The notes beneath the pieces were generated by a model that saw only the letters and a list, made by a program, of their open reading frames with translations, was not told the DNA's origin and did not search any database. A stretch of 64,000 bases of DNA from an uncultured Candidatus Saccharibacteria bacterium. Lineage in GTDB: Bacteria; Patescibacteriota; Minisyncoccia; Spechtbacterales; HO2-43-30. The DNA lies in assembly GCA_964504205.1 (NCBI GenBank), contig CAZDDE010000001.1:58473-122472 (forward strand), in the 5' to 3' direction. This document shows positions 17,628 to 28,382 of the stretch, in pieces (the stretch's first letter is position 1; every line of letters begins with the position of its first letter). The position numbers and the translations under genes were made by a program.

Positions 17628-18619
17628 ATTTAGGTACGGCAAATACCCTTGTTTATGTGCGCGGCCGCGGAATTGTCATCAACGAACCGTCGGTTGTGGC
17701 GATTAATCAAAAAACTGGACAGGTGCTTGCCATTGGCGAGGAAGCGCGGCGTATGGTTGGGCGCACTCCGGCGCACATTGTTGCGAGCCGTCCTCTTCGC
17801 GAGGGCGTTATTTCGGATTTCGAAGTAACCGAGCAGATGCTCAAGTACTTTATAAACAAGGTGCATAAAGGATCGCTTTTTCCATTTCCAAGGCCGCGTG
17901 TTGTTATTGGCATACCTTCCGGAGTTACTGAAGTAGAAAGAAAGGCCGTCCAGGACGCGGCTAAAAACGCCGGTGCGCGCGAAGTGTATCTCATCGAAGA
18001 GCCAATTGCTGCGGCGATTGGTGCGCGCATGCCTGTACAAGATGCTATTGGAAATATGATTGTGGATATCGGCGGCGGCACTACAGAAATAGCCGTGATC
18101 TCGCTTGGGGGTCTTGTTGTGGCAAAAAGCATCCGTATTGCGGGTGATAAAATGGACGAAGATATTATCAGTTTTGCGCGCGATGAGCTCAATCTTTTGC
18201 TCGGCGAACGTACTGCCGAGGAAATAAAAATTGAAATCGGCTCCTGTCTTCCCTTAGAGCAGTCACTTCCTGCAACTATGCGCGGACGCGATCTTGTTTC
18301 CGGCTTGCCACGGGAAATTGCGGTAACCGACAAGCAAATCCGCAACGCCCTTGAAAAATCAGTTAATTTCCTGGTGGCGAGGGTTAAGGAAACTATCGAA
18401 GCAACTCCACCAGAGTTGCTTGCTGATATTATGCGCAATGGCATAGTTCTTGCCGGCGGAGGCGGTTTGCTTAGGAAATTTGATGAGCTGCTTGCACGCG
18501 AAACGCAGGTTCCGGTGAAACTCGCCGAAGATCCCTTAACCGCGGTTGTGCGCGGCACGGGCGTTATTCTTGAAAATATAGAAAAACTCAAAGATACTTT
18601 CATTCCTGACGAATATTAA
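17582..18619 (+). CDS. mreB: rod shape-determining protein MreB (paralog 2)
   Basis: DIGIDLGTANT, GVTEVERKAV, DIGGGTTEIAVISLGG; lies next to mrdA. Confidence 0.95.
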   Translation: MLSKLFGYFSKDIGIDLGTANTLVYVRGRGIVINEPSVVAINQKTGQVLAIGEEARRMVGRTPAHIVASRPLREGVISDFEVTEQMLKYFINKVHKGSLFPFPRPRVVIGIPSGVTEVERKAVQDAAKNAGAREVYLIEEPIAAAIGARMPVQDAIGNMIVDIGGGTTEIAVISLGGLVVAKSIRIAGDKMDEDIISFARDELNLLLGERTAEEIKIEIGSCLPLEQSLPATMRGRDLVSGLPREIAVTDKQIRNALEKSVNFLVARVKETIEATPPELLADIMRNGIVLAGGGGLLRKFDELLARETQVPVKLAEDPLTAVVRGTGVILENIEKLKDTFIPDEY

Positions 18620-18626
18620 AAACATT

Positions 18627-20549
18627 GTGGATGAAACAAAATTTTCAAAATATAAAGTTCAGGTTTCGCTTCGCGAACAAATTGAACCCGACGAAATTTT
18701 TTTTGATGGTTCGAAGATTAAGGAATTTGAAGCTGGGGAATTAGAGGTCGGAAAATTTGAAACGCCAATATCCTCTGCCGCGTTTAGATTTTTTGCGGTT
18801 GTACAATTTGGAGCACTCATTTTTATTGGCGCAGTTACCGGATTCATGATTGTTTCAAGCGGTCATGACCATGTTGCGCAAGCTAACAAAAACACGGAGC
18901 GTGTTTTTCCAATTTTTGCGCCGCGCGGTTTGATTTTCTCATCGGATGGCGAAATTCTTGCGCAAAATGAACTATATTTTGATTTGCTCGTCAATTCGGC
19001 GGAAATTCCTCCAGCTGATGCGCTTGTGCGCGAAATCTCTGATGACATTAGTTCATCCTTAAACCTGAATTCCCTTGCTATTTATGAAAATTTGCGCCAA
19101 GCCGTTCAAAAACGTTTCGCCGAATACGTTTTATTGAAAGGAATGTCAAAGGAGGAACTGGATAAGATTGAAGGCATTATAGCCGGTAAATCATTTTTTG
19201 AAATACGGGAGGTTTATCGGCGGAATTATCCCGATGGACAAGCATTTGCGCATATACTAGGATATACCGGCGAGGTTCCGCCTGGGGAATTAAGCAATCG
19301 TGATTATTTCCCCGGGGAACGCATTGGAAAAGCCGGGATTGAAGCATTTTACGACGAAGTGCTTAGCGGCAAGAGTGGAATACTCATCAAAAAGACAAAT
19401 TCGCGCGGCGAGATATTTGGCCAGGATATTGAGCGTGAAGCACGCGCAGGGGAAGATATGCGCATTTCAGTTAACGCGAAACTTCAAAAAAAAATCTATG
19501 AAATCCTGAATCAGCATGTAAGGGCCTTGAAAATATCCTCCGCTGCGGCAGTTCTTCTAGATCCGCGATCTGGGGAAGTTTTAGCGCTAGTAAGTCTGCC
19601 GGGTTTCAACGCCAATTTATTTGAAGGAGGCATAACCGATAACAAACTCGCGGATATATTGAGCGATGAGAAAAAACCGCTGTTTAATCGCGCAGTAGCC
19701 GGCGAATACCCAAGCGGCTCAACAATTAAACCGCTGATTGCCGCGGCTGCGCTGGAGGAGAAGTTGATTTCGGCGGATTTTTTAGTTTACAGCGGCGGAG
19801 CAATTTCTGTGCCAAGCGCTTACAACAGCGCAATCACCTATGAGTTTAAAGATTGGAAAGCGCACGGCTGGACAGATTTGCGTAAAGCGATTGCCGATTC
19901 GGTTAACGTTTATTTTTATACTATCGGCGGAGGCTATAACAATCAGCAAGGACTCGGTATCAAAAAAATCAGTGAATATCTTCTAAGGTTTGGCTGGGGA
20001 GATATCCTTGGCATTGATATCATTGGAGAGAAAGGCGGTTTAATACCATCGCCAAAATGGAAAAAGGAAACAAAGGGCGAAAACTGGTATATCGGTGATA
20101 CGTATCTTACTTCTATCGGGCAAGGCGATATCCTTGTAACTCCATTGCAAATTGCAGCCGCGACAGCAGTTTTTGCAAATGGCGGTACGCTTTTTACCCC
20201 GCATTTTGCTGCGAAACAAAACAATGCGCCAAAGATTACCCGCCGCAATTTTGTAAGCAGTGAGAATATAGATATAATTCGCGAAGGAATGCGCCGAGCA
20301 GTAACTTCCGGATCCAGCAGGTTTTTATCGGATTTACCGTATACTGTTGCGGGAAAAACCGGTACCGCACAAACCGCTCGTGCGCGAAACCATGCTTGGT
20401 TCACCGGGTTTGCGCCATATGAAAATCCGGAAGTTGCAATCACCGTACTTCTCGAAGAGGGCGAGAGCAGCAATTACGCTGTGCGCGCCGCTAAAGACAT
20501 CCTTGACGCTTATTTTGAAATATTTTATCCACAAGATTCAAGTAGTTGA
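18627..20549 (+). CDS. mrdA: penicillin-binding protein 2 (class B)
   Basis: PSGSTIK (SxxK), SVN (SxN), AGKTGTAQ, HAWFTGFAP. Confidence 0.92.
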   Translation: MDETKFSKYKVQVSLREQIEPDEIFFDGSKIKEFEAGELEVGKFETPISSAAFRFFAVVQFGALIFIGAVTGFMIVSSGHDHVAQANKNTERVFPIFAPRGLIFSSDGEILAQNELYFDLLVNSAEIPPADALVREISDDISSSLNLNSLAIYENLRQAVQKRFAEYVLLKGMSKEELDKIEGIIAGKSFFEIREVYRRNYPDGQAFAHILGYTGEVPPGELSNRDYFPGERIGKAGIEAFYDEVLSGKSGILIKKTNSRGEIFGQDIEREARAGEDMRISVNAKLQKKIYEILNQHVRALKISSAAAVLLDPRSGEVLALVSLPGFNANLFEGGITDNKLADILSDEKKPLFNRAVAGEYPSGSTIKPLIAAAALEEKLISADFLVYSGGAISVPSAYNSAITYEFKDWKAHGWTDLRKAIADSVNVYFYTIGGGYNNQQGLGIKKISEYLLRFGWGDILGIDIIGEKGGLIPSPKWKKETKGENWYIGDTYLTSIGQGDILVTPLQIAAATAVFANGGTLFTPHFAAKQNNAPKITRRNFVSSENIDIIREGMRRAVTSGSSRFLSDLPYTVAGKTGTAQTARARNHAWFTGFAPYENPEVAITVLLEEGESSNYAVRAAKDILDAYFEIFYPQDSSS

Positions 20550-20582
20550 CAGCGTTAATTGCTTCAATATAATTGATTGCAT

Positions 20583-21047
20583 ATGTCTAATGAATTTATC
20601 ACGCAAAAAGGCCTTGAAAAACTGCGTAAGGAATTGGAAAATCTCAAGAATACAAAGCGAATGGAAGTTACCGAAAAACTTCGCGTGGCTTTAAGCTTTG
20701 GTGATATTTCAGAAAACCCGGAATATGCCGAAGCAAAAGAAGAGCAGGCCTTTGTCGAGGGCCGCATCAGTGAGATCGAAAGTATTTTGCGTGGTTCCGT
20801 GCTTATCCAAACGGTAAGCGGCGGGCGATCGGAGGTTGTTGCAATTGGTTGTGCGGTAGAGCTTATTTCCGGCAGGCAAAAACGGCGATTTGTGTTGGTG
20901 GGCAGGGGTGAAGGCGATCCGATGAGCGGTGAAATTTCTTCAGATTCTCCGCTCGGGAGCGCGGTGCTTGGCAAGAGACTTGGCGCGCTTATTAAAGTAT
21001 CTATCCCATCCGGCAGAAAGCAGTATAAAATCGTACACATTTCATAA
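20583..21047 (+). CDS. greA: transcription elongation factor GreA
   Basis: GDISENPEYAEAKEEQ, ISSDSPLG; promoter TTGACA-16-TATAAT at 20546-20573. Confidence 0.95.
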   Translation: MSNEFITQKGLEKLRKELENLKNTKRMEVTEKLRVALSFGDISENPEYAEAKEEQAFVEGRISEIESILRGSVLIQTVSGGRSEVVAIGCAVELISGRQKRRFVLVGRGEGDPMSGEISSDSPLGSAVLGKRLGALIKVSIPSGRKQYKIVHIS

Positions 21048-21069
21048 ATTTGCTATGATGTAGATTGCT

Positions 21070-22542
21070 ATGGCACTTTACGATATCAAGCAAAATCGTT
21101 TCGAGAAAGGCGAAAGACTTAAATCCGCCAAGATTAATCCTTATCCGCTATGCGCACGGCGCACACATTTGTCCCAAGATGCCAATGCGCATTTCGATGC
21201 CTTGATGGCCTCGCAAGGCGAAGTGATTTTGGCTGGCCGCCTGATGTCTCTTCGCGAGCACGGCGGTTCAGCCTTTGCGCATATTCAGGACGGCGCAGGG
21301 AGATTTCAGATTTATCTTAAAAGGGATATTCTTGGTGAAAAATTCTATAACGATTTTTTTGACTTTTTTGATATTGGCGATATAGTGCAGGCGCGCGGAG
21401 TTTTGTTTAAAACAAAAAAAGGAGAAAAAACACTTGAAGTTCGCGATATTCAAATCTTGACCAAGGCCCTTCTGCCGCTGCCGGAAAAATGGCATGGGTT
21501 AAAGGATATCGAAGAGAGATTTCGCAAAAGGTATCTAGATATTTTAATGAACGAGGATGTCCGCCGTATTTTTGAAGTAAGAAGTAAAATTATTAAAGCG
21601 ACCCGCGAGTTTCTGGATAAAAATGGTTTTCTTGAAGTAGAGACTTCTATTCTCCAACCGATTCCGGGCGGCGCTTCAGCGCGTCCCTTTAAGACTCATC
21701 TTAATGCGCTGGATATGGATTTGTATTTGCGCGTCGCTCCGGAGCTTGACTTGAAAAAATTGCTTGTTGGCGGATTTGAAAAGGTTTATGAAATTGGCCG
21801 CTCGTTTCGCAACGAAGGTATGGATTATGCGCATAATCCAGAGTTTACTTCACTTGAGTTTTATTGGGCGTATACTGACTATAAAGAATTGATGAAATTT
21901 TCCGAGGAACTATTTGCGCACGTTTTTAAATCAATCAATGTTTATCCAGAACTTGTCCACGAGAGCAAGAGTATTGATCTTGCGCCTCCATGGCCGCGCG
22001 TAGAATTTACGGCGCTTTTTCAGAAATACTTGGATATTGATTATACAGCGTTAAATCGCGATGCGCTTAGCAAAAAGGGTGAGGAGCTGGGAATAAAAGC
22101 AGAGGGCCATCTTAGCAAAGGCCAGGTTGCCGACCAGATTTATAAAAAGGCCATCCGTTCCAAAATTAAAAATCCGACATTTATTATTCATCACCCCGCT
22201 GAACTTGCGCCGCTTGCAAAGCCCCTTCCCGATAATCCAAGTTATGACGCCCGCTTTCAGCTGGTCATAGATGGGTGGGAAGTGGTGAATGCCTTTTCCG
22301 AGTTAAATGATCCCGTTTTACAGCGCCAGTTTTTTGAAGAGCAGGAAAAGCAGCGCAAGCGCGGCGATGAGGAAGCCCAGCACTTAGACGATAGCTTTCT
22401 TGAAGCCCTTGAATACGGCCTTCCTCCAGCCGCCGGGTTTGCTTTTGGCGTGGATCGCCTCACAGCTCTTTTAACAAATTCTCATTCCCTGCGAGAGGTC
22501 ATTTTATTCCCCACGATGCGGCCAAAAAAGAATGATGGATAA
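21070..22542 (+). CDS. lysS: lysine--tRNA ligase (class II)
   Basis: PLPEKWHGLKD, GGASARPF, FRNEG..HNPEFT, EYGLPP..G.DRL. Confidence 0.97.
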   Translation: MALYDIKQNRFEKGERLKSAKINPYPLCARRTHLSQDANAHFDALMASQGEVILAGRLMSLREHGGSAFAHIQDGAGRFQIYLKRDILGEKFYNDFFDFFDIGDIVQARGVLFKTKKGEKTLEVRDIQILTKALLPLPEKWHGLKDIEERFRKRYLDILMNEDVRRIFEVRSKIIKATREFLDKNGFLEVETSILQPIPGGASARPFKTHLNALDMDLYLRVAPELDLKKLLVGGFEKVYEIGRSFRNEGMDYAHNPEFTSLEFYWAYTDYKELMKFSEELFAHVFKSINVYPELVHESKSIDLAPPWPRVEFTALFQKYLDIDYTALNRDALSKKGEELGIKAEGHLSKGQVADQIYKKAIRSKIKNPTFIIHHPAELAPLAKPLPDNPSYDARFQLVIDGWEVVNAFSELNDPVLQRQFFEEQEKQRKRGDEEAQHLDDSFLEALEYGLPPAAGFAFGVDRLTALLTNSHSLREVILFPTMRPKKNDG

Positions 22543-23221
22543 ATACCAAATTAAGCTTACCAAACGAGAAGTAATCGCTACTGGCACGATGGCATTTTAC
22601 TTTGAAAAACCAGTAAAGTTCGATTTTATTGCTGGTCAGCATGTCGTGCTTGAACTTATCAACCCTCCAGGGGTCTATGATGACGGCAACAGGCGGGTTT
22701 TTTGTTTTGCGAGCGCTCTTTATGAGAAAGACCTGGTCTTTGCGACGCGCATGCGCGACACCGCCTTTAAGTGGGTACTAAAGACCATGCCGCTCGGGAC
22801 TGAACTTACAATGACAGGTCCCTATGGTTCGTTTGTCTTACATGAAGATGCCTTACGACCAGCAATTTTTCTTGTCGGCGGCATTGGCATTACTCCAATC
22901 CGAAGCATGCTTCTACAAGCGGCTCTTGAAAAGTCTCCGCGCGAATTTTATTTATTTTATTCTAACCGCCGGACTGCAGAGGCCGCTTTTCTTGATGAAT
23001 TAAAAAGTCTTGCTCTTTCGCATTATAAATTTATTCCGATTATGTCGGACGCCGAGGGTTACATTGATCAAACAAAATTATCGCAACGTCTAGGTAATAT
23101 GATTGGGCCAATTTATTATGTTGTGGGCCCGCCGGGATTTGTTTTGGCGATGTGCGGAATGCTTAATGAAATGGGCATCAACCCCGACGATATAAAGACC
23201 GATCAATTTTCTGGATACTAA
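22532..23221 (+). CDS. FAD/NAD(P)-binding ferredoxin-reductase-type oxidoreductase
   Basis: F.AGQH, GPYGSF, GGIGITP, GPPGFV, terminal FSGY. Confidence 0.88.
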   Translation: MMDKYQIKLTKREVIATGTMAFYFEKPVKFDFIAGQHVVLELINPPGVYDDGNRRVFCFASALYEKDLVFATRMRDTAFKWVLKTMPLGTELTMTGPYGSFVLHEDALRPAIFLVGGIGITPIRSMLLQAALEKSPREFYLFYSNRRTAEAAFLDELKSLALSHYKFIPIMSDAEGYIDQTKLSQRLGNMIGPIYYVVGPPGFVLAMCGMLNEMGINPDDIKTDQFSGY

Positions 23222-23222
23222 T

Positions 23223-23648
23223 ATGCAAAACTTTGAAATCATAGCTCGCGCGGTGATCATAGACAATGATAAAATTTTGCTCTGCAAGCGCAAAGATCGC
23301 GATTACTATTTTTTGCCCGGCGGGCATGTTGAGTTTGGCGAAAAAACGGAAGACGCGCTCGCGCGCGAAATAAAGGAAGAACTTGGCGCAGTTAGTAGCG
23401 AGATAAATTTTATAGGCGCGTGTGAGAATATTTTTACACAAGATGGGCAAAAACGCCATGAGTTAAATTTGGCCTTTGCGGCAAAACTCGCCGCGTCAAG
23501 AACAATAAGCATGGAGGATCATCTTGAATTTAAATTAGTTGACTTCAGTGAATTCACAGACACCAACGTTCTTCCAGTTGCGTTAACGCAAGGTGTAGTC
23601 AGGTGGCTAAGCGACAAGCAGCTTTTTTGGGTTGCTTATCAGTCTTGA
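23223..23648 (+). CDS. NUDIX hydrolase
   Basis: Nudix box PGGHVEFGEKTEDALAREIKEELG. Confidence 0.9.
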   Translation: MQNFEIIARAVIIDNDKILLCKRKDRDYYFLPGGHVEFGEKTEDALAREIKEELGAVSSEINFIGACENIFTQDGQKRHELNLAFAAKLAASRTISMEDHLEFKLVDFSEFTDTNVLPVALTQGVVRWLSDKQLFWVAYQS

Positions 23649-23662
23649 CAGAGGATTGATAA
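23636..23662 (+). promoter_or_regulatory. variant CIRCE-like operator overlapping the hrcA -35 box
   Basis: TTATCAGTC-N9-GATTGATAA; the spacer contains TTGACA, and TATAAT lies at 23667-23672. Confidence 0.75.
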
Positions 23663-23679
23663 TGGCTATAATGGAAAAT

Positions 23680-24357
23680 GTGCTGACAGAACGGCAGGAG
23701 AAAATTTTATATTCCATCATTGATGAATACATCCAGACTGCAGATCCGGTGAGTTCCGGGGCTATTTTCGGTATAGCAAATTTTGGCGTGAGTTGCCCGA
23801 CAATTCGCAACGAAATGGCGGAGCTCACGGAACTTGGCTATCTTGCCCAGCCGCATACCTCAGCCGGTCGCGTGCCAACTGAACAAGGTTATCGTTTTTT
23901 TGTGGACAAGCTTATGGATGATTATGCTAGCAATTTAGTGAAAAAAATTCGTCGCCCGAGAAAAGCAAATACTCGCACCAATATCAACTTTGCGGCAAAA
24001 GAAATCTCCGTACAAAGCGGCGACGCAGTAATACTTGCAGATGACGAAGGTGAAATAAAATATTTTGGGCTTAAAAAATTGTTTTCCAATCCCGAATTTA
24101 AAACTAGCGAAGCAATTGTTGCCCTGATAGGGGAGTTGGAAAAGTTTGAAAATGCCATTGAAGATGCCTTTGCGCAGATTCGTGCATTTGACAATGACGT
24201 CGAAGTTTTTATCGGTAGCGAAAATCCGTTTTTCGCAAGTTCTAGTTACAGTCTTATTGTTTCTCGGCTTTCCAATGAATACGCATTCATTTCTCTGCTT
24301 GGTCCAACCCGAATGGATTACCGGCGCAATATCGCCATACTTAACAAATTTCTATGA
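23680..24357 (+). CDS. hrcA: heat-inducible transcription repressor HrcA (short form)
   Basis: GTG start gives MLTERQEKIL; TIRNEM..L...GYL.QPHTSAGRVPT..GYR; GPTRMDY; lies upstream of grpE-dnaK. Confidence 0.92.
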   Translation: MLTERQEKILYSIIDEYIQTADPVSSGAIFGIANFGVSCPTIRNEMAELTELGYLAQPHTSAGRVPTEQGYRFFVDKLMDDYASNLVKKIRRPRKANTRTNINFAAKEISVQSGDAVILADDEGEIKYFGLKKLFSNPEFKTSEAIVALIGELEKFENAIEDAFAQIRAFDNDVEVFIGSENPFFASSSYSLIVSRLSNEYAFISLLGPTRMDYRRNIAILNKFL

Positions 24358-24890
24358 GTACAACCGAAGAAAGGCAATATATCAATGAGGAAAGTAGCGT
24401 TGATAATGACGCTGCAAGTTTGCGCATTAAAAAGATAAAACGCGTACTTAAAAGATGCCGCGCGGAAAAGCAGGAGTATCTTGCCGGTTGGCAGCGCGCG
24501 ATGGCAGATTTTCAAAATTATAAAAAACAGCAAGGCGCTGAAAGAGAGGAATTTATAAAATTTGCCAACACCAGTCTGCTTTTGAGGTTCTTGCCTGTTT
24601 TAGATAATCTGGTTCTGACGTGCGAAACGATGCCCGAAAACGAACGCGAAAGTTCATGGGCAAAAGGCGTTTTGAGTATCTTGCGGCAATTTGAAGGACT
24701 GCTTACAGTAGAGGGGTTAGAAGAAATAAAAGTTCAAACGGGCGATAAATTTAATCCCGAAATACACGAAGCAATTGGAGAAACTACGGGTGGGGGAGAG
24801 CCGGGAACTGTGGCGGAAGTTCTGCGGAGAGGCTATAAGCTTCATGATAAAGTTATTCAAGTTACGAGAGTAAAAGTAATTAAGCAATAA
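24354..24890 (+). CDS. grpE: nucleotide exchange factor GrpE
   Basis: WQRAMADFQNYKK, FNPEIHEAI, RGYKL. Confidence 0.94.
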   Translation: MSTTEERQYINEESSVDNDAASLRIKKIKRVLKRCRAEKQEYLAGWQRAMADFQNYKKQQGAEREEFIKFANTSLLLRFLPVLDNLVLTCETMPENERESSWAKGVLSILRQFEGLLTVEGLEEIKVQTGDKFNPEIHEAIGETTGGGEPGTVAEVLRRGYKLHDKVIQVTRVKVIKQ

Positions 24891-24902
24891 AGTAATAAAC
24901 AT

Positions 24903-26768
24903 ATGAGCAAAATTTTAGGAATAGACCTGGGCACAACTAATTCAGCAATGGCAATCATTGAGGCGGGTCAGCCGAGAATCATTGAGAATAAAGAGGGCAA
25001 CCGCACGACACCTTCGGTTGTCGCTATTTCGAAAGCCGGCGAGCGACTTGTTGGCGTGCTTGCAAAACGGCAGGCCGTTACGAATCCCCCAAACACTATT
25101 TATTCAGCCAAACGTCTTATCGGCCGAAAATTTTCTGACGCTGAAGTTCAGCGCGATAAAAAACATTTAAGCTATGAGATTAGAGAATCAAAGGAAAGCG
25201 GCGTTGAAATTAAAATGGGCGAAAAATATTATCGTCCGGCGGAAATTTCCGCGATGGTTTTGGCAAAATTAAAGCAAGATGCCGAAGCCAGACTTGGCGA
25301 AACGATAACTGAAGCAGTTATTACGGTGCCAGCGTATTTTGATGATTCGCAGCGCAAGGCAACAAAGGACGCCGGAGAAATAGCCGGATTTACAGTGAGA
25401 AGAATAATTAACGAACCGACCGCGGCCGCTCTTGCTTATGGCTTGGAGAAGAAAAAGAACGAGCAAATAGTTGTTTATGATTTTGGCGGCGGAACATTTG
25501 ATGTTTCGGTGCTTGAAGTTTCCCAAGATACAGTTGAAGTTAAATCAACCGGCGGAGATACGCACCTTGGGGGAGATGATTTTGATCAGAAAATAATTGA
25601 CTGGTTGACTGCCGAGTTCAAAAAACAAGAAGGCATCGATCTTTCTAGAGATACCCTTGCCCTGCAGCGTCTCAAGGATGCTGCGGAAAAAGCTAAGCAC
25701 GAGCTGTCAAGTTCGCTGGAAACTGCTATTAATATCCCATTTATTACATCGGATGCAAATGGCCCCAAGCACCTAGATTTGAAATTCGCGCGCGCAAAAC
25801 TGGAGGAGTTGGTGGGAGAATTTATCGTGCGGGCCGAAGAACGTACGCGCGCTACAGTTAGCGATTCTGGTTTTAAGATAGAAGATATTAACCAAGTTGT
25901 TTTGGTTGGCGGACAAACGCGGATGCCGGCTATTCAGGAATCGGTTAAAAAGATGTTTGGCAAAGAGCCGCACATGGGCATTAATCCCGATGAGGTTGTG
26001 GCTGTCGGCGCGGCAATCCAAGGCGGCATCTTTCAAGGTGAAGTTAAAGACGTTTTGCTTTTAGATGTTACGCCCCTTTCCCTTGGCATTGAAACTCTTG
26101 GCGGCGTTATGACAAAACTTATTGAAAAAAATACAACTATCCCGACTGCAAAGTCCCAAGTATTTTCAACTGCCGCTGACAATCAGCCATCGGTTGAAAT
26201 TCATGTCTTACAAGGAGAACGCGAAATGGCTTCTGACAACAAAACGCTCGGACGTTTCATCCTGGATGGCATCCCTCCGGCTCCGCGCGGTCTGCCGCAA
26301 GTTGAAGTAACTTTTGATATAGATGCCAACGGCATTTTAAGCGTTAAAGCAGTTGACAAAGCAACGAACAAGGAACAGTCCATTCGCATTGAGGCATCTT
26401 CCGGTTTATCCAAAGAAGATATTGAAAAAATGAAGAAAGAAGCCGCGCAATATGCCGAAGAAGATAAGAATAATCGCGAGAAAGTTGAAGTCAAGAACAG
26501 CGCAGAGCAGATTGTTTACTTGGCGGAAAAATCCTTGCGCGAAGCTGGCGATAAAGTGAGCGAAGATATAAAAAAAGAGGTTCAGGAAAAAATTGACGCG
26601 CTTAAAAAAGTTAAAGATGGCGATGACGTTGAAGTTATAAAAGCTAAACTTCAAGAGCTCAGTACAACCTTGCAAAAAATAGGGCAGGCAATGTATCAGC
26701 AATCTCAACAACAACAGTCGCCGCCAAATCAGGATAATCCGCCAGGTAATGATGGAAAAAAGGAATGA
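24903..26768 (+). CDS. dnaK: chaperone DnaK
   Basis: [34 protein letters not shown]. Confidence 0.98.
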   Translation: MSKILGIDLGTTNSAMAIIEAGQPRIIENKEGNRTTPSVVAISKAGERLVGVLAKRQAVTNPPNTIYSAKRLIGRKFSDAEVQRDKKHLSYEIRESKESGVEIKMGEKYYRPAEISAMVLAKLKQDAEARLGETITEAVITVPAYFDDSQRKATKDAGEIAGFTVRRIINEPTAAALAYGLEKKKNEQIVVYDFGGGTFDVSVLEVSQDTVEVKSTGGDTHLGGDDFDQKIIDWLTAEFKKQEGIDLSRDTLALQRLKDAAEKAKHELSSSLETAINIPFITSDANGPKHLDLKFARAKLEELVGEFIVRAEERTRATVSDSGFKIEDINQVVLVGGQTRMPAIQESVKKMFGKEPHMGINPDEVVAVGAAIQGGIFQGEVKDVLLLDVTPLSLGIETLGGVMTKLIEKNTTIPTAKSQVFSTAADNQPSVEIHVLQGEREMASDNKTLGRFILDGIPPAPRGLPQVEVTFDIDANGILSVKAVDKATNKEQSIRIEASSGLSKEDIEKMKKEAAQYAEEDKNNREKVEVKNSAEQIVYLAEKSLREAGDKVSEDIKKEVQEKIDALKKVKDGDDVEVIKAKLQELSTTLQKIGQAMYQQSQQQQSPPNQDNPPGNDGKKE

Positions 26769-26787
26769 TGTGATATAGTAGCCCTGT

Positions 26788-27861
26788 ATGAAAAATTATT
26801 ATGAGATTCTCGGCGTCCCTAAAAACGCAAGCAAGGAAGAAATCAAGCAAGCGTATCGTAAACTTGCGCATCAATATCATCCCGACAAAGGGGGCGACGA
26901 GAAAAAATTTAAGGAAATTAACGAAGCATATCAGGTTCTTGGCGATGAACGCAAAAAGGCCCAGTATGATCAGTTCGGGTCGTCTTTTGGGTCGCAAGGA
27001 TCTGCGGGTTTTGAGGGTTTTGATTTCCGAAATTTTTCCGGATTTGGCAGAGAGGGGTTCACCCAGGACTTTGATTTAGGCGATATTTTCTCCGAATTTT
27101 TCGGCGGAGGCGCGCGGAGCCAAACGCAGGCGAGAAAGAATGTTGGCCAGCATATCCAGATTGATATTATGATTACTTTGGAAGAGGCGTATCGGGGAAC
27201 TGAAAACACATTTTCGTTGAAGAAGTATAATATGTGCGACAGGTGCCGGGGCGAAAAAAATGAGCCGGGCAGTGGATTTAAAAATTGCAAAAATTGCGGC
27301 GGCACGGGAGAAATACGCAGACAGCAAAGGATTATGTTTGGCGCATTTACGCATGTTTCAGAATGTCCGGAGTGCCGAGGCGCCGGGAAGATTCCCGAGA
27401 AAAAATGCGAGAAATGCCATGGTTTAGGACGTATGCTGTGCGTAGAAAGCATCGCGATCAGGATACCGGCTGGTATACATTCCGGGGAATCAATAAGGGT
27501 GGCCGGCAAAGGGGAAGCGGGAGAAGGCGGTTACGGCGATCTCTACGCAAATGTTCACGTCAAAGATCACAAGCTTTTTGCCCGTGATGGCGATAATATC
27601 TTTTCACAAATCGCGCTGGCGTTTTCCCAAGCGGCGCTGGGCGCGGATATTTTAGCGAAAACACTTGCGGGCGATGTGTACATTAAAATACCCTCTGGTA
27701 TTCAATCGGGCGAGATGATAAAATTGAATGGTAAGGGCATGCCGCGCTTGCATGGATCGGGATATGGCGATCACTATGTTAAAATTACAGTAACTACTCC
27801 CCAAAAGTTTTCCCGCAAAGCGCGGGAATTATTCGCGGAATTAAGAAAGGAGGGCATTTAA
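26788..27861 (+). CDS. dnaJ: chaperone DnaJ
   Basis: J-domain HPD; four CxxCxGxG-like repeats. Confidence 0.97.
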   Translation: MKNYYEILGVPKNASKEEIKQAYRKLAHQYHPDKGGDEKKFKEINEAYQVLGDERKKAQYDQFGSSFGSQGSAGFEGFDFRNFSGFGREGFTQDFDLGDIFSEFFGGGARSQTQARKNVGQHIQIDIMITLEEAYRGTENTFSLKKYNMCDRCRGEKNEPGSGFKNCKNCGGTGEIRRQQRIMFGAFTHVSECPECRGAGKIPEKKCEKCHGLGRMLCVESIAIRIPAGIHSGESIRVAGKGEAGEGGYGDLYANVHVKDHKLFARDGDNIFSQIALAFSQAALGADILAKTLAGDVYIKIPSGIQSGEMIKLNGKGMPRLHGSGYGDHYVKITVTTPQKFSRKARELFAELRKEGI

Positions 27862-28382
27862 TGCAATATCTAGTGGCACTATCTCAAAATTTTGTCCTAT
27901 CTTGGGATCTCGTTATAGTGGTTTTCTTATTCTTTGCCGCTTTTTTCTATGGTTTTAGCGCAGGATCGCGCAAGATCGGCACTCTCCTTGTAAGTTTCTA
28001 TTTTAGTTATACGCTTATCGGGATTGCGCCGTATCTTGAGTTTTTTCTTGATGAAATGTCCGATTATCGCGCCGCGATCATGAAAGTTGCGCTTTTTGTT
28101 CTGCTAGGTTTTGTTTTATTTTTTCTGCTTACTGGCTCAATCCTGCGCTCTTCGCTTGGATTGCCGAAGAAAGAAGATAATCAGTGGTGGCACTTTTTGC
28201 TGCTGGGCATAGTTTCTGCCGGATTTTTAATTTCTTCAGCGCTTGTATTTACACCCGAGTCGTTTTATGATAAACTTTCTACTATCACGCGCGAGAGTTT
28301 TTTGGAAAACAATGCGCAATTTTGGTGGGCGCTGGGGGGAGTAGCCGCGCTTGTAATTTTACGAAAAACGAAAAAAGGGTAG
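27861..28382 (+). CDS. hypothetical integral membrane protein (about 5 TM, CvpA-like topology)
   Basis: Hydrophobic segments; translationally coupled to dnaJ. Confidence 0.65.
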   Translation: MQYLVALSQNFVLSWDLVIVVFLFFAAFFYGFSAGSRKIGTLLVSFYFSYTLIGIAPYLEFFLDEMSDYRAAIMKVALFVLLGFVLFFLLTGSILRSSLGLPKKEDNQWWHFLLLGIVSAGFLISSALVFTPESFYDKLSTITRESFLENNAQFWWALGGVAALVILRKTKKG

